Positions 36,981-49,431 of a stretch of DNA of 64,000 nt are shown here, piece by piece (the first letter of the stretch is position 1; each line of letters opens with the position of its first letter). Below the pieces are notes generated by a model. That model had not been told where the DNA came from. It saw nothing but the letters and a program-made list of their open reading frames with translations, and did no database searches. Location: the NCBI GenBank assembly GCA_964016885.1, contig OZ024755.1, positions 20,584,001-20,648,000 on the forward strand. Direction: 5' to 3'. Both the position numbers and the translations under genes were made by a program. This DNA is from Eledone cirrhosa (taxonomy: Eukaryota).

Positions 36981-39900
36981 TTTTTTGGCCTCAATATATT
37001 TTTTATCAGACACAGTATTCCCTCCGTCTCATATAACCCAATATTCTATAGCAACAGTTCAACACTTTAACCGATTCTCATATTTTTTCTTTTTCGTTGA
37101 CTTCAAGTAATGCAACATTATTATTGAATTTTGCATCTAAATTTCTTTATTTTTTTTTTTTACTCAGGAATATATTTTGATATTCTGCCAAAGACTGACA
37201 CTGATTAAATTAAAAATACAAAACACACACACACGCACGCACGCGCGCACGGGATAATTTTCTAATGCTGACAAATAATGGTTTTTGATTTCGAAACAAG
37301 GACAACAATTCTGAGGAAGGAGCGGGGAGTCGATTAAATTGATCCCAGTGCGTTACTGGTATTTTATTTCATTGATCCCATAAGGATGAAAGACAAAGCT
37401 AACATCGCAAGATTTGAACTCATAATGGTTTCTGATTTAGGCACATTGCCAACAATTTTGGGGAAGGGGGCAGTCGATTAAATCGACCCAGTGCGTTACT
37501 GGTACTTTACGTCCGCCGGATAATGCGAACCTCCTATGTCTTAAGATGTTAGAAAGACGAAAGTGTGAGCTCTAGAGAGATTTCTGAGTTATCTACGTCA
37601 TATAATGCTACATCAGATCTGGTGGTTGACTCAGAAAATTGAAATAAGCAGAAATTACAAAGTAACAACTTCAATGAGAAAGTAAAAACATGTACACCGT
37701 AACAGCAGAAGTAAATGCGTAGGCTAACATTTGTTTGATGGATCGACCGACGTGTCAATTGACCTTTTCAAATTGGTGGGAGTTCATCAACAGAAGTGAT
37801 TTGAACGCCCACCTCTCTTAGCTTGGAACACATTTGACGTGGCTTAATTTTACTGCCCCCACATGGAAAATTGTTGTTGTTTGTGTTGGTGGTTCTTGTA
37901 GTAGTAGAAGTAACAAAATTGTAACGTCTATGTAAAATATTATCGTTGCCTAACGATTGTAGCCAATACAAATGTTTGATATGAAAGAAACCTTTTTGGT
38001 GATCTATAGAAACTAGTATTGAATAACTTTATTGATTTCTTACTTTAGGTATAAAGCTAGTAATTTTGATGTAAGAGTAATGAAAGTATGGGGCAATAAT
38101 TCTGAGGGTTTTAACGATATAATTGGAAGGAAAAGACTACAAACGGAAATAAAAAACCAACGAATAGTTATTTGGGAAACCTCTCTATACACTAAAACAT
38201 ATTGAACCAACAAAGAAGGCCTTATGTGATCAGGTGGCCTGTAGAAACAGCAGCTAAATCTTCCTTAAACCATATTCTCAGTTGTGGATTGAACAAAACT
38301 ATTAGAGCATCGGACGAAATACTTTATTTAGTTTCGACCCTTTACATCCTGAGTTCAAATCCTGCATATATTAATACATGAATTGAAAACATAAATAGAA
38401 TAAAAATAAATACAAACAAAACTATCAGATAATGAAATCAAAGAAATATATTGGAATCGGATTATGTTAAACAAACTTTAAAAATAGATCAGAATGCATT
38501 CCAAAAGAATGGCAACGAAAAGAAGATAAAGAGCTAGGCAGAAAGGAAGGGAGGGGTAGACTCTACACGAACGATATGTAGTTATGTAGTAACAAACAAC
38601 AATATTAATGTAAAGTTATAAGAAAATATATTGTACACTTACTTAGCCATACTTAGGTTAAATGTTGCTCAGCTTTACGAAGTAGAAATGCTCTCTGTCC
38701 AAATAATATTATCCTCGTTATTGGTGACTAACAAAGGATGTTTTTTAAACCTTGCTTGGATCCAGCAAATCTATATTTCTACAACATTCGGTTGGTTGAT
38801 GTATATATCTCTCAATAATTTATATATTGTCTTCATCTCTCTGACAAATCATCTAAGTAGATGAGAATTCAAACGTTTCTTTATTCCATAAATGACTTAT
38901 TTATATTATTGATAAGAGATTAAAGTATGTCTATGTAATATCATAATCTTCAATATTATATACTTGAATATCATAATCTTGCTAATACGCCATAATGAAT
39001 ATCTTATCATTCTTGGTGATACAGCACAACTTTTTTTTTTTTGCTCGAAGTGAAAAAAAAAAGGTTTGGAAGAGGCTATTTTACCTGTAAGACACCATGC
39101 TTTGCAACGTAGAGTTGCGGTTCTTTATGGTCTGAGTTCAAATCCCGTCGAGGTTAGCTTTGCCTTTCATCCTTACGTGGGTCGATAAAATAAAATACCA
39201 GTAATGCACTGAGGTCTATGTAATTGACTTTCCCCTCTCCCAAAATTGTTTTACCTTATACCTAAATCAGAAACCACTATGAAGACAGGTAATGTTAAAA
39301 ATAACAACACAGAAGCTTATATATTTTCACCACCAATTATCTAGACCCTAACCCAAACCCTAACACTATATTTACTGGGACCAGTAAAATAAGCTTAAAA
39401 AGCATGTTTGTGTATTTTATCGGGGCCAGTAAAGTAGCCTATTCAAAAAGGTTTATGGACTTCCGTCGGTTCCGATATAAGTATTTAGTATTTTTTTGTT
39501 CAACTGAAATACTTGCTCATTGAAAGAGGTTGAGTATTCCACAGATATGTGTACACACAACGTAATTCTCAGACAGAAACAGATATGACAAGGTTGGACC
39601 TTTAAATGACACGTACAATTCAACCGATAGCCTCTCGCATAGTTTCCCCCTCTACTTTATTTCACTCACAAAGCTTGGGTTGACCCAACATGTCTTGTGT
39701 TTTAAGACAACTATTTTTATTCTGTCAAGGCTAGACTAAGAAGTAACGACTACCAAAAGAGAGAGAGAGACGCACAATCAAAATAATTTGTGCATAGTTG
39801 ATGCTTGGTAAAAATATGGAGAGAGTGAGAGCCGAGTTCCGTCTGCAAAGGCAAAATGGCTGACGTTATGGCTGATCTCTAATTGACCAAAACAAGGCAC

Positions 39901-40740
39901 GTGACAAAATGGTGACACAAAAATGTCCACAGTTGAATTAGCACTCTCTTAGATTTCTGGGGAAAACTGTAATCGATTGAGCTCGATGAACCAATCGATA
40001 AGGCTCAATGTAAAGCAACTGGTTGCGAAAATTGAATGATGATATAAAATTACTGAATGATACAGATGGAAGATAGGCCAAGGGACACACAGAAAATAAC
40101 ATGTACGGGCTGTTGTTTTCTTTGGTTAATATCTCTGGTTATATTTTGATTCTCATTCCTGGTGGCAGTTGTGTTGGAAATAAATGTTTCATGAACAGTA
40201 ATTTCTTTGCAAACTTTTTGTTGTTGGTGGTGTTAATGATGATTATTGTAGTCGTAGAAGTAACAAAACTGTAATGTCTACGTAAAATAAGATGGTTTAG
40301 CTAACTTGGGCTAAGTGAAAGTTCGTTTGTAAGAGTTTCATTTCCAAACTGAAGGATCTCTTTTGTTCGTGCCTATGTGACGTTTTGGTGGAACTGGTCC
40401 AGGATTGCATAAATGCGAATGCATTAATGGCCCATGGAAGAATAACTAAGAAATCTTTCAATGGATGGGGAACAGTTTGCCAAATACCGAATAAGTAAGG
40501 TCATGTGACTTTATAGCCATTGTGATTGCTTTCAAAATTACCCCGTTGGACCCAAGTAAACGCTGGAGGTGTTTGGAACACAACTTAACAAAGGCTCTTA
40601 CATAAAATTGTGATGGAAAGTTTATAAATAAATGTAAATTTTTAAAACCTTTTATTGCTATATTTCTAATGAAAGATGGTGGCTTTGATTTTTAAATAAT
40701 TTTGAAAATAATCAAGAATTTGGAGGAATTTAGTAACATA

Positions 40741-40910
40741 CCGTATTTCCCGGCGTCGAAGATGCTACTTTTTTCCCTAAAATAAGTCCCAAAAATCTAC
40801 CATGCGTCCTGGAGGCCGAAGTTTGTTTATTATTTTTTTTTCAAATTTTTGGTTGTCAAAATTAAGATGGGTCCTAGAAGATGAAGCGACTTCGGCGCCG
40901 GGAAATACGG
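40741..40910. mobile_element. Tc1/mariner-pogo MITE nested in an older TTAA-ended element (about 40600-41074)
   Basis: TA|CCGTATTTCCCGGCGTCGAAG ... CTTCGGCGCCGGGAAATACGG|TA; 21-bp TIR with 1 mismatch. Confidence 0.8.
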
Positions 40911-41275
40911 TAACTAACCTTTTCAATACTAAGTCGGTGTTTGGAGCATAATTTAAAGTTTCTAACATAAAATTATGATGAAAGGTTTCCAAATAAATGT
41001 AAGCCTTTTAAAATAAACAGTATTGTATCATAAACCAGGGTCAGTTGCAGGTGGTTTTGTATCAAAAAGGTTAATGCTCATACCACATACAAATCTCAAC
41101 GTATTTGTTAAATAAAACACAGAGAACGGTATATCTTTATTTATTTTTATTGTAAAATAACAATTCCTGGAGTCTTTATACATTCCAAATACATTTCAAA
41201 AGACAAAAAAATAATCTGGTTAGTTTTATAAATTTTCTTCTATATTAGAGGAAAAGTAACAAAGAGAGAGAGAGG

Positions 41276-41541
41276 ATATATATATGTATACACATATATA
41301 TATATATACATATGTGTATGCATATATATATATATATATATATATACATATGTATATGCATATATATATATATATATATACATATGTATATGCATATATA
41401 TATATATATATATACATTTGTATATATATATATATACATATGTATATATATATATATACATATGTATATATATATATATACATATGTATATATATATATA
41501 TATACATATGTGTATGCATATATATATACATATGTTGTGTA

Positions 41542-41596
<55 letters not shown>

Positions 41597-41628
41597 GTGT
41601 ATGCATATATATATACATATGTTGTGTA

Positions 41629-41677
<49 letters not shown>

Positions 41678-41700
41678 GTTGTGTATGCATATATATACAT
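41276..41700. repeat. Compound (TA)n/(CATATG) microsatellite
   Basis: Long interrupted TA tract; source of the spurious Y/I-rich ORFs. Confidence 0.95.
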
Positions 41701-42024
41701 GATTAATAAAAAAAAAAACAATTATTATGAGAATGATGAGAATGGAAGATGCAATAACATAGACGATAATTATGATAATAATAATAACAATAACAATGAT
41801 AATAATAATGTCCAACATATATGCATAAGGCCACAAATATATTTATTGAAGGACTTAGTCCATTCTATTGACCCCCATTAGTTGACCTTGGAATGTTGAA
41901 AGGCAAAGTCAAGACCAGAAAGACTTGAAATCAGAACATAAAGGGATGTTACTAAATACCATACAGCCTGGCACTCTACCAATTCTGTCATTCCAGTGCC
42001 TTAATGTTTCCTCTGATAATAGTA

Positions 42025-43320
42025 ATAATTGTTTCTACTTTTGGCACAAGGCCAGCAATTACCCAGTACATTACTGGTACTTTATTTTATCGACCCCGTA
42101 AGGATGAAAGGCAAAGTTAACCTCGGCGGGATTTGAACTCAGAATGGCAAGGGCCGTAACTCTATGCTGAAAAGCATGGCGTCCGACCCTCTACCAATAC
42201 GGCCAATCCACTGCCCTAATCTGATAATAGTAATAATGATAATAATAATGGTTTCTGATGTAGGCACAAGGCCAACAATGTTTTGAGAGGGGAATTGATT
42301 AAATCAACCCCAGTGCATTACTGGTATTCTATTTTATCGACCCCGTAAGGATGGAAGGCAAAGCTAACCTTGGCAGGATTTGAACACAGAAAGTAAAGGG
42401 CCGTAAGTCTATGCGTCAAAGCATGGCATCCGACCCTCTACCGATACTGCCAATCCACAGCCCTCATAAAAATATTTATAAAGATTTCTGATTTAGGCAC
42501 AAAGCTAGCAATTTATAGGAAGGTGAAAGTCAATATTTTCCCCCAGTTTTTGACTGGTATTTTATTTTATCAACCCTGGAAGAATCAAGGACATGGACAC
42601 AAAGTTAGCAATTTATAGGTAAGGGAAAGTCGATTACATTAACCCCAGTACTTGACTGGTACTTTATTTTATCAACCCTGGAAGAATCAAAGACATGAAC
42701 ACAAAGTTTGCAATTTATAGGTAAGGGAAAGTCGATTACATTAACCCCAGTACTTGACTGGTACTTTATTTTACTGAGCCCCCAAGGTTGACATCAACTA
42801 GTTTTAAAATCTGAGCATAAAGGGACATAATCAAATATTTCAAGGCACATTGTGTTGTGCAATGCTCTACCGATTCTGTCAATCAACCAGCTCGATGGAG
42901 ATTTACAATATTGATTTCTAACATTTGTAGAAGGCCTCAAAATTAGGGAAAGGAAACAGCTAATTATGTTGACTGGTATTTTATACTATTGACCCCAGGA
43001 GGGTAGAAAATAAACTTGACCTTAGCATAATTGAACTCAGAACATGGAAGGCCATAACTAAATACAAGCAAAGCATTTAGTCCACCGCTCTACTGATTTT
43101 GTCAACCCACCACCCTGATGGAGATTTACAATATTGATAAAACATTTAGTGATTATTCTTTCTAAGTTTGGCACAAGGCCAGCAATTTATTTTATTGACT
43201 TTGGAAGGACGGAAAGCAATGTTGACCTCCCTGGGATTTGAACTCAGAATGTGGAAGGTCATTACTGAATAATGCAAAGCGCTTTGTCCAACTCTCCACC
43301 AATACTACCAATCCAACACT
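42025..43320 (-). mobile_element. Cluster of tandem and degenerate SINE copies
   Basis: Repeated CCCAGT..ACTGGTACTTTATTTTATC..GGATTTGAACTCAGAA units, including a tandem duplication of about 104 bp at about 42495-42760. Confidence 0.75.
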
Positions 43321-45144
43321 CTACACAAGGCATATGAGGGCTAGGTGGTAGAGTTAATTCAGGTGTAAGATTAAGTATACTTGAATATAAGAAACCCCGT
43401 TCCTATTTCATGTCTGAGAAATGGGCAAAAATCCAAACCCCGTTCATAAGTTAAGGCAATTAATCAACACATTATGTTTAGTTGGTGAATATAAACCAAC
43501 GATTTTTTGGTCACATATTCCTCTGCTTATATTCGAGGATATTCAGTATATCACATAAACAGGTGACAAAGGGATTTGAACTCAGAATATAAAGAGTCAG
43601 AACAACTACACCAACACACTACCTGTCCAACACTCTAATGATTTCACTACTTTACCACCTTAGACTGTTATTTTAATTATTGATCCCAGAAAGATCAAAG
43701 GTAGAGTTGACCATGGCAGGATTTGAATTCAAAACTCAAGGGAACATAACAATTAGAGCAAGGCATTTTATCGAAGGTTCAAATGTTTCTGCTAATTTAC
43801 TACCTTGATATGTGTCTTAGCAAAATAAATACTTAGCAAAATAAATTTTTACTTCGAATGTAGCTGTTGTCTGAGCAAGCAGACATATGTTTCAAGACAA
43901 TCTCATCATATTTCCAGACTTGAGATTTCTTTGGTACAAACAAGGCCACATATTTATAGAAAAGGGAAAAGATGGACTGTGATGCTCTTGTTTTTATCAA
44001 AAGCATCTGTGATGTAAGACACTTAGATAGGTTTAACCGGGAATTGAAATGGGGTCATCAGTTTTACTCATTCCAAATAATAATAATAGCTTCTGATTTA
44101 GGCACAAGGCCAACAATTTTGGGGAAGGGTCAAGTCAATTAAATCAACCTCAGTGCATTACTGGTACTTTATTTAATTGACCCTGTAAAAATGAAAAGCA
44201 AAGCTAACCTCGGTGGGATTTGAACTCAGAATGTAAAGAGATGTAACTCTATGCTGCAAAGCATGTTGTCCAACGCTCTACCGATACTGCCAATACACTG
44301 CCCTTCATTTCTGACTTATGTACAAGATCAACAATTTGTGGGGAAGGGAAAAGTCAATTAAATCTATCCCAGTGCATTACTGGTACTTTGTTTTATCAAC
44401 CCCGAAAGGATGAAAGGTAAAGTATACCTAGGCAGGATTTCAACTTAATTAAATACTGCAAAGCATTTTGTCTGATGCTCTACAGAATAATAATTGTTTC
44501 TACTTTTGGCACAAGGCCAGCAATTACCCAGTGTATTACTGGTACTTTATTTTATCGACCCCGTAAGGATGAAAGGCAAAGTTAACCTCAGCGGGATTTG
44601 AACTCAGAATGGCAAGGGCCGTAACTCTATGCATAGCGTCCGACCCTCTACCGATACTGCCAATCCACGAATAATGATTATTAATAATGGTTTCTAAAAT
44701 AGGTGCATGGCTAAAATAATTTGCAGCATGGGGAGAGGGAGGGAATAGTCCATTATATTGCCCCCCCCCCCCCCCCATACTTCATTTTAACTACTTCAGA
44801 AAGTTGGCCTCGGCGGGATTTAAACTTAGGACACAAACAACTGGAACAAACACCACAAGGCATTTTGTCCAATGTTCTAATTATTATGATAAATGATAAT
44901 TATAATAATTATAATGTTAATAATGATTTCTGATATAGGCACAAGCCCAACAATTTTAGGGGAGGGGAAAGTCGATTAAATTGACCCCAGTGCATTACTG
45001 GTACCTTATTAATCGACCCCATAAGGATGAAAGGCAAAGTTAACCTCGGCGAGATTTGAACTCACAACGTAAAGGGCCGTAACTCTACGCTGAAAAACGT
45101 TGTGCGACGGCCAATCGATATGGCCAATCCACCGCCCTTTAATG

Positions 45145-45179
<35 letters not shown>

Positions 45180-45446
45180 GTATTTAAAAATATAAATTCT
45201 TAATATGATTTGATGAGGAATGAATACTGAATATATATATTTATATATTTTTATATATATTTTGTTTGTTTTTTTGTTTTGTTTAATTGATAATGTTAAT
45301 TCTTCGATAACTTTGTTTTTTTTAAAGTTTTTTAGTTGTCAGCAGTGAGGAGATAGAAAATTGATCCAAAATACAGCATAACATGATTCTTCTATACAGT
45401 AAAAGAATCAATGATTTTCAACTCACTATATTACACAGGTACCACA

Positions 45447-45596
<150 letters not shown>

Positions 45597-45703
45597 TTAA
45601 TCTGTTATTTTAATAAATATTTGCTCTACGGTTCTTATATATTTGATATATGTTTATCCTTATCGAGCCCTCTTTGGATTTTAGTCTTCAAATTTATTAT
45701 TAT

Positions 45704-45747
<44 letters not shown>

Positions 45748-45790
45748 CAAGGAAAAATGGTTAAGCCTTCATTATGTTTATTGGTTGGTG

Positions 45791-45887
45791 ACACACATTT
45801 CGCTATTGATCAGCTCAAGGTTTGATCTGACCCGACTCTGGAATCAAAAGCTCGTCAGATCTCTGTTGTAGTAATGACAATGTCTGT
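45791..45887 (-). ncRNA. Putative hammerhead ribozyme (possible type III), sense to the SLC4 downstream region
   Basis: Minus strand reads ACAGACAT-T-GTC..GAT-CTGACGA-GCTtTTGAT..ATCAAtAGC-GAAA-TGTGTGT. The core and 9-bp stem II are clear; stems I and III are weaker. Confidence 0.5.
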
Positions 45888-45904
45888 ATATATATATATA
45901 TATA

Positions 45905-45964
45905 TATACCTGATGATATCACCGGATTCATACTGAACCCGGTCATTGAAATGATCATAGTATA
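45905..45964 (+). ncRNA. Type I hammerhead ribozyme, intact core, palindromic stem III
   Basis: TATAC-CTGATGA-tatcACCGGaTTCAtacTGAAcCCGGTcatt-GAAA-tgatca-TA-GTATA; stem III palindrome ATGATCAT; starts at the end of a (TA)n tract. Confidence 0.75.
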
Positions 45965-46211
45965 ATAAACCTTTCAAGGATTTACACCAGTCCAGCCTCC
46001 TGTTATCTTATAATAATTAACTCCGTACTTGCACCACCAACTACACAAACGAAGACGGGTGAGCTGCATTACGTTGAGTACTCTCCATAATATTACATCG
46101 AGATTGACCATACAGAATGACCAATTCTATCCAGTGGTTAACCAACAAACCTAAATATATATATACATATATATAGATATATATCTATATCTATATATGT
46201 GTGTGTGTGTA

Positions 46212-46327
46212 CCGGGTGGTGCAAAAGTCACGCTCAAGTAAATAACACTTTGACAAAAAAGATATTCATCTCTTATTTAAACAGTTTTGCTCCTGATAGT
46301 CTTGAGCATGACATTTGCACGACCCTG
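46212..46327. mobile_element. Tc1/mariner-type MITE
   Basis: TIRs CCGGGTGGTGCAAAAGTCACGCTCAAG / CTTGAGCATGACATTTGCACGACCCTG, inside (TG)n. Confidence 0.7.
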
Positions 46328-46695
46328 TGTGTGTGTGTATAATGAGTAGAAATATGTACCCAGTGTGTTATGACCCCCTCAAAGAGAAGACGGTCTTATG
46401 AAGTCTAAAGTTTACCCGACAATTTTTTTTAATATGAAACTCTTGTGAGATGAGATCACACCTATGGTTGTAGCCAATCAAAAACACCTGGTTTCTTTAT
46501 CATTTTGATTTTTAATTGTTGTTGTTGTTATATTTGTTGCGGTTTTTGTTGTTGGTATTGACGATCATGATTGTGATTAATAATAACGAGGGTGATGGCG
46601 ATAAAAATAATGATGATGATGATGGTGGTGGTCATGACAAGGACGATGACGATGACAATGATGATGATGATGATGATGATGGTGGTGGTCTCATA

Positions 46696-46834
46696 TTACA
46701 TTTTGCTTTCGTTTTCTGGGTCATCCTCTTCTTGAATATAAAATCCAACTACTTTCGGCTCATGAGGTTTTCCTTCCACACAATCATTTTTATGTCTGTC
46801 TTTGTCTTTTGATTTTCTTTTCCGTCGAGATACC
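46696..46834 (-). CDS. SLC4: SLC4 terminal exon
   Basis: TTACAG acceptor; [18 protein letters not shown]...[13 protein letters not shown]. Confidence 0.75.
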
Positions 46835-46878
46835 CTGTAACACAAATAAATAAAATTATATCACATCTAAAATGAATA

Positions 46879-46914
<36 letters not shown>

Positions 46915-48664
46915 AACCCATACTAAAGTCGACATGTAAAAGACACAGCAAAAAGCACCCAGCCCACACTGTAAAGCAGACGTGTAAAAGACCCGGCAAA
47001 AAGCACCCAGCCCACACTGTAAAGTGGACGTGTAAAAGACCTGGCAGAAAGCACCCAGCCCACACTGTAAAGTGGACGTGGAAAAGACATGGCAAAAATC
47101 ACCCAGCCCACACTGTAAAGTGGACGTGTAAAAGACATGGCAAAAATCACCCAGCACACACCGTCAATGTGGTTGGAGTTAAGAAGGGCATCCAGCCATA
47201 GAAAACCAGCTAGAAACACCCCTATATGAGCAAGACACGGTCACTCGACACAACTTCCTCTAAATAGGACCTGTCTAACCCATGCAAGCGTGGAAGATAG
47301 AAGTTAATCGATGATGATAGAGAGAGAGAGAAAATTATAAAGAAATACTCTGTAATATTATGTTGGTATCACAAAAACACCCAATGATGCATGACATACC
47401 CTGACATAGTAGATGGTTAAGATTCAGTCATTGAATTAATATTAATAACTCTGAAAAACCTTTTTCTGTTGAGTGTTTCCAATCTATTGTAAAACTCATT
47501 CTTTGATGTATTCATTGAACCTTGTTTAACTTTTAAATATATATATATATATACACATACATATACACACACACATATATATACATACATAGATCATAGG
47601 GTCTCATGTGACAGACAGACGAAAAGGCTATACAGATCATTTTTTTTTTCATCATCATTTCATTTTATGTCCGCTTTTCCCTGCTTGCAAGGGTGGGACA
47701 GGAACTGATTCTGGCTTGATTTCTACAGCTGGATGCCCTTCCTAACACCAACCTCATTTACAGTGAGTGCTGGGTACTTTTTTGCCGTGGCACCTGCACG
47801 ACCACTTTGCAATGGAATGATAGGGATCCCAGGCCCTATCATCTCATTTCTTCAGCTGAGTAAACTGGAGCAATGTGAAATAAAGTGCCTTGCTCAAGGA
47901 AACAACACATCGCCCGGTCTAAGAATTGAACACACAACCTTTCGATTGCAAGGCCAATGCTCTAACCACTAAGCCATGTGCCTCCATATATATATATACA
48001 CATACATATACACACACACACATACATATACATACATAGATCATAGGGTCTCATGTGACAGACAGACGAAAAGGCGATACAGGTATTTAATATAAAATAT
48101 ATACATATTAACTGGCTTGCCATATAATTGTTTCTACGTTAGGCACAAGGCCAGCAATTACTCAGTGCATTACTGGTACTTTATTTTATCGACCCCGTAA
48201 GGATGAAAGGCAAAGTCAACCTCGGCGGGATTTGAACTCAGATCGTAAAGGGACGTAACTATGCTGGAAAGCATGGCGTCCGACCCTCTACCGATACTGC
48301 CAATCTACCGCCCTTGCTTGCCATATAATATTGTGTAATACTTGCCTTGTGTTCTCTGAATGTATTGGTATATTTTCTTTCTCATTCCGCACCTGCAGCC
48401 AAATAGCAGTTTTATTTACTTCCTCAGTGATATTCACTCTGTCTAAATCATTATTGGACATGTTATGAATAGCAAATTTTTCGGATGGCTTCTCATGCTG
48501 ACTTCGAACTTCCGTTAATTTATCACTTTCGTCACGACTCAACAATTGCACACCCTGGAAAATAGAAGTTTCTCGTTAATTATTTGTAAAGGTGGTTGGT
48601 GTCAGGAAGACCACCCAGCCAGAAAAACCCTGCCAAAAACATGACCATGATGATAATGATGATA

Positions 48665-48713
<49 letters not shown>

Positions 48714-49034
48714 AATATATATATATATATATGTATATGTATGTATATATTTATATATATATGTGTGTATATAAATATATATATATTTTTATATGTATAT
48801 GTATGTATATATATATGTGTGTGTGTATATATATATATATATGTATATGTATATAAATATATATATATGTATATGTATATAAATATATATATATATATGT
48901 ATATGTATATAAATATATATATATATATATGTATATGTATATAAATATATATATATGTATATGTATATAAATATATATATATATATATGTATATGTATAT
49001 AAATATATATATATATATGTATATAAATATATAT

Positions 49035-49080
<46 letters not shown>

Positions 49081-49213
49081 ATATAAATATATAAATATAT
49101 ATATATATGTATATGTATGTATATATATATATACCTATACACTGGAAAGGTGGTAGGTGCCAGGAAAGGCATCCTGCAAGAAAATCCCTGCCCAGAACAT
49201 GACCATGATGATG

Positions 49214-49273
<60 letters not shown>

Positions 49274-49389
49274 AATGAATATATGATAGGGATAAACACT
49301 GATACAAGTATACATGTGTTTGCATTGCAAATGAAATATTCCTTTCTTTGAGCTATTTAATTGTAAAAGACTATTTGAGTTTATAACTC

Positions 49390-49431
<42 letters not shown>

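Noticed and set aside
39345-39365. Telomere-like CCCTAA repeats (also GGGTTAGG near 6533)
   Set aside because: Only 2-3 imperfect units, probably part of a small transposon; not an interstitial telomere.
41226-41881. Several long Y/I/C/H-rich ORFs on both strands
   Set aside because: Translations of a compound (TA)n microsatellite that happens to lack stop codons.
46516-46812. 98-aa + strand ORF with hydrophobic ends and poly-Asp
   Set aside because: Built from (GTT)/(GAT) microsatellites antisense to the SLC4 last exon and 3' UTR; non-ATG start.
46867-47219. ORFs with 16-aa repeats ([16 protein letters not shown])
   Set aside because: Product of a 48-bp tandem expansion inside a retroelement tail.
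48596-49351. ORFs up to 242 aa
   Set aside because: Same (TA)n artefact, inside an SLC4 intron.
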